Below, in pieces: positions 29,007-38,655 of a stretch of DNA of 64,000 nucleotides. The number at the start of each line of letters is the position of its first letter. The first letter of the stretch is position 1. Location: assembly GCA_963786105.1 (NCBI GenBank), contig CAWAXX010000017.1, positions 246,452 through 310,451 on the forward strand, in the 5' to 3' direction. This DNA comes from Vulcanimicrobiota bacterium. Its GTDB lineage: Bacteria > Vulcanimicrobiota > Vulcanimicrobiia > Vulcanimicrobiales > Vulcanimicrobiaceae. Both the position numbers and the translations under genes were made by a program. The notes below the pieces were generated by a model, which worked only from the letters and a program-made list of their open reading frames with translations, did not search any database and was not told where the DNA came from.

Positions 29007-29542
29007 GCGCTCCAGCAAGTGCGGCGAATGCCGCGCGCTACTCGGTCTCGTCGTCGGAGTCGTGGTTGACGTTCGAGACCCGGTCGACCCTGCACGGCGT
29101 TCATGGGAAAGCGAGCGACCTGTCCGGTTCGGTCGAAGCCGCCTGGGGCCGAGGCGGAAATATTGCTGCCGAGCCGGCACCAAAAATACATCTCGAGTTT
29201 CCAGTCGAGCAGTTACGCTCCGGGAACAGCGTGCAAGATCGCGAGATGTGGAAAGTCATCGACAGCAAGCGCTTCCCGCGCATCGCCGCCGACCTTCGCT
29301 GGCTGCAGCAGGGTCCGTCGCTCGGCCGTTACGCCGCCGGCGGCGACATAACGATGTCGGGACGATCGCGCGGCTATGAGGGCGAATGCGCGATATCGGG
29401 CGACGGCGACTTTATCACGATCGAGGGGGACCTCAACGTCGATATTCGCGAGTTTGGGCTTACGCCGCCGAAGCTCCTGATCATCAAAGTCGATCCCATC
29501 GTGAAGGTCCATCTTCATTTCGTGGCAAGGAAGTCCGCATGA
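29003..29542 (+). CDS. YceI-family protein 1 (no signal peptide)
   Basis: S.LTF, V.G, PVEQLRSGNSVQDREM, FPRI, GDITMSG, IREFGL. Confidence 0.8.
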   Translation: MSAPASAANAARYSVSSSESWLTFETRSTLHGVHGKASDLSGSVEAAWGRGGNIAAEPAPKIHLEFPVEQLRSGNSVQDREMWKVIDSKRFPRIAADLRWLQQGPSLGRYAAGGDITMSGRSRGYEGECAISGDGDFITIEGDLNVDIREFGLTPPKLLIIKVDPIVKVHLHFVARKSA

Positions 29543-30121
29543 CGGCGGTCGAGAAACGGACGCTCGACCTGGACGAAGGCAGAGGTATGGCAGCAGGCAA
29601 GGCATCGAGCGAACGCTTCGAAATAGCGACCAACGACTCGTCGTTGACCTTCTTCGCGACCTCGACCATGCAGTCGGCCTATGGGAAGACGACCGAGTTA
29701 GACGGATACATCCAGGCTGCTTGGAGCGCCGACGGCACGCTGGCGGCGACGCCGGCCCCGGCGATGCACGTCGAGTTCAAGGTCGAGAGCTTGCGTACCG
29801 GCAACGAACTCCAGGACCGCGAGATGTGGAAGCTCATCGACAGCAAGCGGTTTCCCAAGATTGCTCGGCGACCTCCTCGACCTGCGCGCCGGCTCGGTTC
29901 CCGGCCGGTACATCGGCTCAGGTAAGATTACGCTGGCCGGACTCGCGCGTACCTATGAAGGCGAGTTCCGGCTCGAGCGGGACCGCAAGGACGTCAAGCT
30001 CGACGGCGAGCTGAATATCGACGTGCGCGATTTCGGGCTGAAACCCATCAGCTTGTTGGTTCTCAGCGTCGCACCGATGGTTCGCGTTCGCCTACACCTC
30101 TCAGCCGCGAAACCGGACTGA
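29539..30121 (+). CDS. YceI-family protein 2 (no signal peptide); 1 apparent frameshift
   Basis: SSLTF, VESLRTGNELQDREM, FPKI, then GKITLAG, VRDFGL in shifted frame. Confidence 0.78.
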
Positions 30122-30124
30122 TTT

Positions 30125-30428
30125 ATGTGCCTGGCCATTCCCGGACAAGTCATCGAAATCTCACCCGACCAGCCGCTCCTCGCGCGCGTAAACGTTGGCG
30201 GCGTCCAGCGCAACGTGAACGTTGGATTGCTCGACGATGGGGAGGCCTCGGCGGGCGATTGGATTCTCATTCACGTGGGATTCGCCCTGAGCAAGATCGA
30301 CGAGGCGCGAGCGCGCGAACAGTTGCGTATGTTGCGCGCGATGGGGGAAGACCAACTCGCGCATCGAGGAAGTGCGCGGGTACTCTTTTGCAGAAGCCAG
30401 CGGTGATCGCGATGAAATACGTCGATGA
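30125..30428 (+). CDS. hypC: HypC chaperone; apparent frameshift near C-terminus
   Basis: MCLAIPG, GDWILIHVGFALSKIDE. Confidence 0.93.
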
Positions 30429-31525
30429 ATTTCGCGATCCCGGAATCATCTCCGGAGTAGCGCGCGAAATAGCGCGGACCGTCGATCTCGGCACGGCACT
30501 ACCGCATCATGGAAGTGTGCGGCGGTCATACGCATTCGATCTATCGGCACGGCCTGCGCGACGTTCTTCCCGACAACATCGAGCTCGTACACGGGCCGGG
30601 TTGTCCGGTTTGCGTGCTGCCGACCGGGCGCGTCGACGACGGGTTGGCGATCGCCGAGCGCGAGGACGTCATCTTGACGTGCTTCGGCGACATGATGCGC
30701 GTGCCCGGAACGAGAGGGACGCCTCTGGAACTCAAAGCGCGCGGAGCGGACGTTCGAATGGTGTATTCGCCGCTCGACGCGCTCCGCATCGCTGCGGAGA
30801 ACCCGGCGAAGCACGTGTGTTTTTTTGCCATCGGATTCGAAACGACCGCGCCGTCGACCGCACTGACGATCCTGCGCGCGCAGATGCTGGGCGTTAAGAA
30901 CTTCTCCGTGTTCTGCAATCACGTGACGATCGTGCCGGCGATGCGCGCGATTCTCGATTCGCCGGATATGCGCATCGACGGATTCGTCGGTCCCGGTCAC
31001 GTATCGACCATTACCGGTTGCCGGCCGTACGAGTTCGTCGCGCGCGACTATGGCAAGCCGGTGGTCGTTTCGGGCTTCGAGCCGCTGGACATTCTTGAGT
31101 CGATCCTGATGATTCTCCATCAGCTTGCGGCCGGCGAAGCCCGAGTCGAGAATCAGTACAAACGAATCGTGCCGTGGGAAGGCAATCCGCCGGCGCTGGC
31201 GGCACTGGCACGGGTCTTCGAGCTGCGTCCGTATTTCGAGTGGCGTGGGCTGGGGTTTATTTCGCAATCCGCTTTGAGCATCAAAGCGGACCTTGCGGCG
31301 TTCGATGCGGAGCGGCTCTTCGACGTTCCCGGCGTACGGGTAACCGATCCGCGCGGCGCGCAGTGCGGCGAGGTCCTCAAGGGGGTGCTCAAACCGCCGC
31401 AATGCAAGCTCTTCGGGACCGAGTGCAATCCCGAGCATCCCGTGGGCGCGCTGATGGTCTCGAGCGAGGGCGCTTGCGCCGCGTACTATCGCTATGCGGT
31501 GCATGCTGCGGCGGTGGAAGCGTAA
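30412..31525 (+). CDS. hypD: HypD; apparent frameshift near N-terminus
   Basis: MKYVDEFRD, then MEVCGGHTH, GPGCPVC, GFETTAP, PGHVS, MVSSEGACAAY. Confidence 0.95.
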
Positions 31526-31530
31526 CGCCG

Positions 31531-32580
31531 ATGACCATCATCGAATCGGCTCGCAAGACGCCACGCTTCGCGGACGCGCAGATCGAGATGGCCCACGGTG
31601 CCGGCGGCATCGCATCACGCCGTCTGGTCGAAGGTTTGATCGCGCCCTACTTTGCCAACCCGATTCTGCAAGCGTTCGGCGACTCGGCGGTTGTGAGCGT
31701 GCACGGTCGCGGCGTGGCGACGACTGCCGACGGGTTCGTAGTCAAGCCGTTGCGCTTTCCGGGCGGATCGATCGGCGAGCTGGCCGTCAACGGCACGATT
31801 AACGACTTGGCCGTATCGGCGGCAAAACCGATCGCCCTGATGGCGACCCTTATTCTCGAAGCCGGTTTGCCGGCCGGTACGCTCGAAAGCGAGATCGAAG
31901 CGATGGCGATTGCTGCTCGCAAAGCGGGGGTGTCGATCGTCGGCGGCGACACGAAGGTCGTCGAACACGGCAAAGCCGACGGCATGTACGTAACCACCTT
32001 CGGGATCGGCGCAATCGACGAGCGGGTCACTCTCGACCCGGCAACGATCGCGCCCGGCGATCTCGTCTTGCTTTCGGGGCCGATCGGCGCGCACGGCATT
32101 ACGATCTTGCTGGCGCGCGGGGAGCTCGATCTTCAGGCCGATTTGCTGTCGGATACGCGTTCGATCTGGCCGCTGGTCGAGGCGCTGCTGGAGGCTTGCG
32201 CCGGAGGAGTTCGCTGGATGCGCGATCCAACGCGCGGCGGCGTCGCAACGTCGCTCAACGAGTTGATCCGCGCAACGTCGTTCGGGATCGCGCTTTACGA
32301 GGAGCGCGTACCGATGCACGACGCGGTGCGCGGGGCGTGCGAGTTGCTCGGGCTCGATCCGCTGCATATCGCCAACGAGGGTCAGTTTTTAGCGGTCATC
32401 GCGCCGGAACACGCCGATATGGCGCTGCGGGCGGTGCGCGCGGTGCCCGGAGGCGAAGCAGCGTCGTACATCGGCGAAGTGCGCAGGGAGCCGAAGCGTC
32501 GCGTGATCGGCGTCAACGGTTACGGCGGAACGCGCGTGATCGATATGCTGGTAGGCGATCCGCTGCCTCGGATATGTTAA
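31531..32580 (+). CDS. hypE: HypE carbamoyl dehydratase
   Basis: HGAGG, GTINDLA, GGDTKVV, RDPTRGG, ANEG, terminal PRIC. Confidence 0.96.
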   Translation: MTIIESARKTPRFADAQIEMAHGAGGIASRRLVEGLIAPYFANPILQAFGDSAVVSVHGRGVATTADGFVVKPLRFPGGSIGELAVNGTINDLAVSAAKPIALMATLILEAGLPAGTLESEIEAMAIAARKAGVSIVGGDTKVVEHGKADGMYVTTFGIGAIDERVTLDPATIAPGDLVLLSGPIGAHGITILLARGELDLQADLLSDTRSIWPLVEALLEACAGGVRWMRDPTRGGVATSLNELIRATSFGIALYEERVPMHDAVRGACELLGLDPLHIANEGQFLAVIAPEHADMALRAVRAVPGGEAASYIGEVRREPKRRVIGVNGYGGTRVIDMLVGDPLPRIC

Positions 32581-33768
32581 ACGTGACCGGCAACGCGGCG
32601 GAGACGGCGCGCCGGATCGCGTCGAGCATTCGTAGCCGTACGCCGATCGCACGGGAGTTTTTCGCGACGCACGCTCCGGCGATTTCGGAGGCGGCGCGCG
32701 CGATTGCGGAGCGTTTGCGCGACGACGGCCGAATTTATGCATTCGGGCGGGGTGCGTATGCTACCGACGCACAACACGTCGCGGTCGAGTTCGTCCATCC
32801 GGTACTCGTCGGTAAGCCGGCGTTGCCGGCGTCGGACCTTAGCCCGTTCTTCGAAAACGCGTTGCCGGTCATGGTGACGGCTCGCGACGTCGCGATCGGG
32901 TTTGGACCTCCCGAAGGCGATGCGGTCGTCGCCACCGCGCTAGCCCGCGCGCGCGCACGGGGCGCCTACACGTTAGCCCTTCCCGGAAAGGGCGCGGACT
33001 TTGGATTCGCGCCACCCAGCAGCGACGATCACGTGCATCAGGAGATTGCGGAGATCGTCGGGCATATGCTTTACGAAAGCGTGCACGTCTTTCTCGAGCA
33101 TCGGGCCCTCGATCACGACGTAGGCGCCTCGTCCTTTCTCTATCCGTTTCTCGGCGGCGAGCAAATGGCGGCCGGCGAGTTGCTTGCCGACGTCACGGCT
33201 TCGATTCTGCACAAGGCGGACGACGCGCAGAAACTGCGGGAGCGAGTGGCCGAGGAAGAAAGCGAAGCGATTGCGGGGGCGGCAATCGCGATGGCTAACG
33301 GTCTCGCGCGCGGCGGCCGTATCGTACTTTTCGGCAACGGCGGATCGGCGACCGACGCGACCGATTGGGCGCTCGACTGCGTCGCTCCGCCTGCCGGGCT
33401 CGCTCCGGTTCCGGCGCTCTCGCTGGCCGCCGAGCCGGCGACGATCAGTGCAATTGCCAACGACGTCGGTCGTGAGTTTATCTTTCTGCGCCAGCTGATC
33501 GCGCACGTGCGTCCGCGCGACATTGTGGTCGCGCTCTCGACGAGCGGCGGCTCGTCGAACGTTATCGCAGCGTTGGAGGAGGCGCGCAAGCGCGGAAACG
33601 TCACGGTCGCGCTTCTGGGCTACGACGGCGGCGAGATCCTCCGCCGCGGCCTGGCGGATTATCCGATCGTCGTACGCTCGGATTACGTTCCGCAGAGTGC
33701 AAGAAGCGCAGGCGACGATCTATCATACCATGCGTCACGCGATCGATTGGTTTGCCCGTGCCCCTTGA
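32574..33768 (+). CDS. Double SIS-domain (GmhA-like) protein; apparent frameshift near C-terminus
   Basis: FGRG..ATDAQH.AVEF.HP...VHQE, then FGNGGSATDA, ANDVG, STSGGSSN, RVQE. Confidence 0.8.
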
Positions 33769-33991
33769 ACTGTTTGCGACCAAGACGTGTCCGTACTGCG
33801 CGCAAATGCGCGAACGGCTGGAATGGGACGGCCTCGAGTACGTCGAGTACGACGTCGAAGCGGACGGCGGCGCACGCGTCCGGTTGACGGAACTGCTCGG
33901 GGCGAACCCCATGGTGCCGGTTTTGGTCGCCGAGGGACGCGTTACCGAGGTCGGCGTCGCCGGCCGTGGTTGTTATGTCGGTAACGGATAG
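33758..33991 (+). CDS. Glutaredoxin-like protein (CPYC) with C-terminal Cys
   Basis: TCPYC, VEYDVE, VPVL, C-terminal GRGCYVGNG. Confidence 0.8.
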   Translation: MPLELFATKTCPYCAQMRERLEWDGLEYVEYDVEADGGARVRLTELLGANPMVPVLVAEGRVTEVGVAGRGCYVGNG

Positions 33992-36230
33992 TCTCGCAAA
34001 ACGACGAGCGGTTCGTCTTCGTATCACGGGCGTCGTGCAAGGCGTCGGTTTTAGGCCGTTCGTCTACCGCTTAGCGCAGCAGAACGGCGTCGCGGGATGG
34101 GTGCTCAACGGCGAGGACGGCGTGCACGTCGCTGCCGAGGCAGGCGGCGAGGCGGTGGAGCGATTCGTCACCGCCGTACGCGACCATCCTCCGCCGGCCG
34201 CGCACGTCGCGTCGTTCGACGTGATCCCGGCCGAGATTTTGGGTTTCCACGCGTTCGAGATTCGCGAGAGTACGGGTGGAGAGGCTCCGACCGTCCGGAT
34301 CTCTCCCGACCTCGCAGTATGCGACGACTGCTTGCGCGAACTCTTCGATCCCGCCGACCGTCGCTTTGGCTATCCGTACATCAACTGCACGAACTGCGGC
34401 CCGCGCTACAGTATCGTGCTCGAGCTGCCGTACGACAGGCCGCGCACGGTGATGCGCGATTGGCCGCTGTGCGCGCAATGCCGCCGTGAATACGAGGATC
34501 CATCGGACCGTCGCTTTCACGCGCAGCCGGTAGCTTGCGCGGCGTGTGGCCCGACCGTCATCTTGGAGGAGAGCGGCGCCTCGGTCAGGAGCGGCAGCGA
34601 CGCCATCGCGCGCGTCGCCGGGCTCCTGTCGAGCGGCGCGATCGTCGCCATCAAGGGCATCGGCGGATTCCACCTGGCATGCGACGCGCGAAACGCCGAG
34701 TCGGTCGCGGCCGTGCGCAAGCGGAAATACCGGAAGGAGCGGCCGTTTGCGGTCATGGTGCGCGACGTTGCGGGGGCGCGAAGGCTGGTGGAGTTGGACG
34801 CGGATTCCGAGCAACTGCTCGCGTCCATCGAGCGGCCGATCGTTCTCGCCGCTTCGAAAACCGAACTCGCCGGAGTTTCACCGAACAACCGCGATCTCGG
34901 CGTCATGCTCCCCTACACGCCGGTACACCACCTCTTGTTTGCTGCGGGTGCGCCGCCGGTGCTCGTGATGACGAGCGCCAACCGTTCGAGCGAGCCGATC
35001 GCGTACGAAGACGCCGACGCACGCGCGTCGCTTTCAGGAATCGCCGACGCTTTCCTGATCGGCGAGCGGCCGATCGCGCGCCGCATCGATGACTCGGTCG
35101 TGCGCGGCGCCCCGAATGCGCGAACAATACTTCGGCGCGCACGGGGGTTGGCACCTCAAGCGGTAGCCGAACTCCCGACGAGGGCTCCCGTGCTCGCGCT
35201 CGGCGGCGACTTGAAGAACGCCTTGACGCTCGTCGTGGAAGGTCAAGCTTTTGCGAGCCAACACGTGGGCGATCTCGATCACCTGTCTGCTCGCGAAGCG
35301 TTCGCGGCCACGGCTCGCGACCTATGTGCCATGTACGAGGTGCCGGTCGAGGGGCTCACGATCGCTCACGACCGGCATCCGGGCTATCGAAGCACCGAGT
35401 TCGCGCAAACGCTGCCGGGACGGTGTGTCGGCGTGCAGCACCACCGGGCGCACATCGCGAGCGTGCTTGCCGAACGCGGGGCGTGGGAAGAACGGATCGT
35501 CGGGTTTGCTTTCGACGGAACCGGCTACGGCGACGACGGCACGATCTGGGGCGGGGAAGTCTTTCAGGGCTCGCTAGCCGATGGATTGGAGCGTATCGCG
35601 CATTTACGGCGCGCCTTTCTTCCGGGAGGCGATGCGGCCGCACGCTTTCCCGTTCAGGCGGCCGCAGGGTTTCTGCACGAGTTCGCGGACGACGGCTCGT
35701 TTGCCGAACCTCCGTTCTCGTTCCCCGAGCGTTACGCGCAAGCAAGCGAACTGGTACGACGCAAAGTACGCGCGTTCGAAACCACGTCGATGGGACGGCT
35801 CTTCGACACGGTTGCGGCGCTCGCCGGTTTTACGCGCGAGCAGTCGTTCGAAGGTCAGGCGGCCATGTGGCTCGAGCACCTCGCTCGTTCGTGCGCCGAA
35901 GTCGAGCCCTACTCAATTCCATTCGAAAACGGTGAGCTCGATTTTCGGCCGACCCTAAGGGTCGTCGTCGCGGATCGTCGCTCCGGGCGTCCGCCCGCGG
36001 AAATCGCGCGCGCATTTCACCGCGCGGTGGCGAATTCGGTCGTCGGCGTTGCGAATGAGGCGGCCGAGAATCGCGTCGTCGTGTCAGGAGGCGTTTTTCA
36101 GAACGCGTTGCTTGTGGAGTTGCTATCCCGGAGTTTGGGCGATCGGCTGTGGTTCAATACGAAGGTGCCGCCGAACGATGGAGGATTGAGCCTCGGCCAA
36201 GCCGCGTTTGCGGCGCTCCATTCGAGATGA
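33975..36230 (+). CDS. hypF: Carbamoyltransferase HypF
   Basis: GVVQGVGFRPF, zinc fingers, KGIGGFHL, QHHRAH, DGTGYG, PPNDGGLSLGQ. Confidence 0.97.
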   Translation: MSVTDSLAKRRAVRLRITGVVQGVGFRPFVYRLAQQNGVAGWVLNGEDGVHVAAEAGGEAVERFVTAVRDHPPPAAHVASFDVIPAEILGFHAFEIRESTGGEAPTVRISPDLAVCDDCLRELFDPADRRFGYPYINCTNCGPRYSIVLELPYDRPRTVMRDWPLCAQCRREYEDPSDRRFHAQPVACAACGPTVILEESGASVRSGSDAIARVAGLLSSGAIVAIKGIGGFHLACDARNAESVAAVRKRKYRKERPFAVMVRDVAGARRLVELDADSEQLLASIERPIVLAASKTELAGVSPNNRDLGVMLPYTPVHHLLFAAGAPPVLVMTSANRSSEPIAYEDADARASLSGIADAFLIGERPIARRIDDSVVRGAPNARTILRRARGLAPQAVAELPTRAPVLALGGDLKNALTLVVEGQAFASQHVGDLDHLSAREAFAATARDLCAMYEVPVEGLTIAHDRHPGYRSTEFAQTLPGRCVGVQHHRAHIASVLAERGAWEERIVGFAFDGTGYGDDGTIWGGEVFQGSLADGLERIAHLRRAFLPGGDAAARFPVQAAAGFLHEFADDGSFAEPPFSFPERYAQASELVRRKVRAFETTSMGRLFDTVAALAGFTREQSFEGQAAMWLEHLARSCAEVEPYSIPFENGELDFRPTLRVVVADRRSGRPPAEIARAFHRAVANSVVGVANEAAENRVVVSGGVFQNALLVELLSRSLGDRLWFNTKVPPNDGGLSLGQAAFAALHSR

Positions 36231-36240
36231 CGCTCGTGCG

Positions 36241-37038
36241 CTACCGGCCTTTCCACTGCGGTTTGCGCTTTTCGAGAAACGCGCCGGTGCCCTCTTTGAT
36301 GTCTTGGGTATCGACGAGCGTCCCGAACTCCAAGGCTTCGATCTCGAGGGCGTCGTCGAGCGACAGGTGCGCGCCGTTGACGATCGCCCGTTTGCAGGCA
36401 GCGATCGCAAGCGGGGCCTTCGACGCGATGATTGCCGCGACGCGCGTGGCCTCGTTCATCAGCTCGGCGAGCGGTACCACCTTTTGCACGAGACCGATGC
36501 GCAACGCTTCCCGTGCGTCGATGATTTCGCCGGTTAAACAGAGATACATCGCCATGCCCTTGCCGACCAAGCGCGTCGTGCGCTGGGATCCGCCGTAGCC
36601 GGGAATGAGCCCGAGATTGACCTCCGGCTGGCCGAATTTGGCGTTTTCGGCGGCGATGAGAATGTCGCCGGCCATCGCGAGTTCGCATCCGCCGCCCAAT
36701 GCGAAGCCGTTGATCGCCATGATCACCGGCTTGCGCAGGCGCTCGATTTTTCGCGTCAACGCCTGTCCGAGCCGAGCCTGATCGGCGCCGTGGCCGGCGC
36801 TCGGCAGCGCGTTGAGTTCCGCGATGTCGGCGCCGGCGGCGAATGCCTTCTCGCCGGCGCCCGTCATAATGACCGCCCGAACGTCGGGATTGCTCTCGAG
36901 TTCCGAAAGCGCCCGCGACACCTCCGCCAGCAGGCTGGTGCGCAGCGCGTTGAGCACGTTCGGCCGGTTGAACGTAATGATACCGGCAGGCGGCTCGACG
37001 GCGACGACGATGTTCTCGTAAATTGCCGGCTCAGGCAT
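36241..37038 (-). CDS. crt: Enoyl-CoA hydratase (crotonase)
   Basis: AFAAGADI, ALGGGCELAM, GQPEVNLG.IPGYGGSQR. Confidence 0.9.
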   Translation of the reverse strand: MPEPAIYENIVVAVEPPAGIITFNRPNVLNALRTSLLAEVSRALSELESNPDVRAVIMTGAGEKAFAAGADIAELNALPSAGHGADQARLGQALTRKIERLRKPVIMAINGFALGGGCELAMAGDILIAAENAKFGQPEVNLGLIPGYGGSQRTTRLVGKGMAMYLCLTGEIIDAREALRIGLVQKVVPLAELMNEATRVAAIIASKAPLAIAACKRAIVNGAHLSLDDALEIEALEFGTLVDTQDIKEGTGAFLEKRKPQWKGR

Positions 37039-37885
37039 AGTCGTAAAATCCCTTCCCGCTCTTGCGCCCCAAACGGCCGGCGAGCACCATGCGCTTGAGC
37101 AGCGGCGGTGCGGCCATCATCGGGTCTTTGAACTCGTCGAACATGATCTCGGCGATGTAGTACGTCGTGTCGAGCCCCACGAAGTCGAGGAGTTCGAAAG
37201 GACCCATCGGATAGCCGCACCCGAGCTTCATGCCCTTGTCGATGTCTTCTTTACTCGCCAAGCCCTGCTCCAGCAGCCGAATCGCGTACAGCAGATACGG
37301 AACCAACAGCCGATTGACGACGAAGCCCGGCGTGTCCGTGGCCAGGATCGGTTCTTTGCCGAGCTTTCTCGAGAAGGCAAAGAGCGCGTCGACCGTATCT
37401 TGCGAGGTAGCGATCGTCTTCACGACCTCGACCAGCTTCATGATCGGAACCGGGTTAAAGAAATGAAGTCCGGCGACTTTGTCGGGACGGCGAGTTTTGG
37501 CCGCCAACTCGATCACGCACAAGCTCGACGTATTCGTGCAGATGATGGCGTCAGGTGTGAGCAGCTCGTCGAGGCGACGAAACAGCGCGGTCTTCACGTC
37601 GACGTTTTCGACGATAGCTTCGATGACGAGATCGCAGCTTTTGACGTCGGCGAGATCGGTGGTCGCCTTGATGCGCGCGGCAGTTGCCGCCCGCTCGCTT
37701 TGTGAGAGCCTGCCCTTCTCGACGAACTTATCGAGGGACTTGGTGATGGCAGATACGCCACGGTCGAGCGGTTCTTGTGCCACCTCGACGAGCACGACGT
37801 CCAGCCCGGCGCTCGCAATCGTTTGCGCGATACCGTTTCCCATCAAGCCGGCGCCGCAGACGCCGACGCTGCGGATCTCAGACAC
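37031..37885 (-). CDS. hbd: 3-hydroxybutyryl-CoA dehydrogenase
   Basis: GAGLMGNGIA, EAIVE, NTSS, HFFNP, PGFVVNR, PMGP..L.D.VGLD. Confidence 0.93.
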   Translation of the reverse strand: MSEIRSVGVCGAGLMGNGIAQTIASAGLDVVLVEVAQEPLDRGVSAITKSLDKFVEKGRLSQSERAATAARIKATTDLADVKSCDLVIEAIVENVDVKTALFRRLDELLTPDAIICTNTSSLCVIELAAKTRRPDKVAGLHFFNPVPIMKLVEVVKTIATSQDTVDALFAFSRKLGKEPILATDTPGFVVNRLLVPYLLYAIRLLEQGLASKEDIDKGMKLGCGYPMGPFELLDFVGLDTTYYIAEIMFDEFKDPMMAAPPLLKRMVLAGRLGRKSGKGFYDYA

Positions 37886-37956
37886 GAGCGTTCCCTTCTT
37901 ATAGGTGAGTTTGGGTCGCTTATGGTTTGATAAAGAGCGCAGGTCCATTCGTTGCG

Positions 37957-37985
37957 TTGCGGGGAAGTCACCTTTGCCCTATACT
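37957..37985 (+). promoter_or_regulatory. Sigma70-type promoter for phoU
   Basis: TTGCGG-N17-TATACT. Confidence 0.55.
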
Positions 37986-38007
37986 GGGGGCTGCCGCTTT
38001 TTAGAGG

Positions 38008-38655
38008 ATGGGAGAGGACTTGCGGATTGCGTATCACGAGGCGCTGGAGGGCACGCGGCTCGACGTCGTTCGATTGGGAGCGCTGGTCGGCGACGCCATT
38101 CGCGTCGCGGTCGATGCGCTCAATAGCCGGGACGCGGCGGCCGGAGCCCGCGTGGTTGCCGGCGACGACACCGTCGACGACCTTCGTCGCCGAGTCGAGG
38201 CGCACTGCATCGAGTTGATTTGGCGGCAACAGCCGGTTGCCGGAGAACTACGCGAAATTGCCGCGATGCTCGAGATCGCGACCGATCTAGAGCGCGTCGG
38301 CGATTATGCCGTCGACATCGCGAAGAACGCGATCAAGCTCTCCGATCAAGCGATGCGTCCGCAGAAGGTGGAGATCGATCGTATCGCGGGCGTGGCGCAC
38401 GCCATGCTGCTGGACGCCATGCGCGCGTACACCGAGCGCAACGCTACCCTGGCGAGCGAAGTCATCGATCGCGACGATCAAGTCGACAAGCTTTACAAAC
38501 GCAGCATCAAGCTGTTGCAGGAAGAGATGCGAAGCGATCCCGATATCGTACGCCCGGGAACGCGCTACCTGTTCGTGTTGGCCTCGATCGAGCGAGTCGG
38601 CGATCGTGCCGGAAACATTGCCTGGCACACGAAGGACATGATCGGCACCGAGTGA
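38008..38655 (+). CDS. phoU: Phosphate signalling protein PhoU
   Basis: QQPVA.ELR, DLERVGD, DDQVD, IERVGD. Confidence 0.93.
   Translation: MGEDLRIAYHEALEGTRLDVVRLGALVGDAIRVAVDALNSRDAAAGARVVAGDDTVDDLRRRVEAHCIELIWRQQPVAGELREIAAMLEIATDLERVGDYAVDIAKNAIKLSDQAMRPQKVEIDRIAGVAHAMLLDAMRAYTERNATLASEVIDRDDQVDKLYKRSIKLLQEEMRSDPDIVRPGTRYLFVLASIERVGDRAGNIAWHTKDMIGTE

Noticed and set aside
18600..33720. Programmed frameshifting or phase variation in hyp genes
   Set aside because: Shifts are numerous, in both directions, and not at slippery heptamers or long homopolymers
32196..33887. 563-aa ORF suggesting a SIS extension over the glutaredoxin
   Set aside because: Real start is 32574, and the tail is out of frame after a +1 indel
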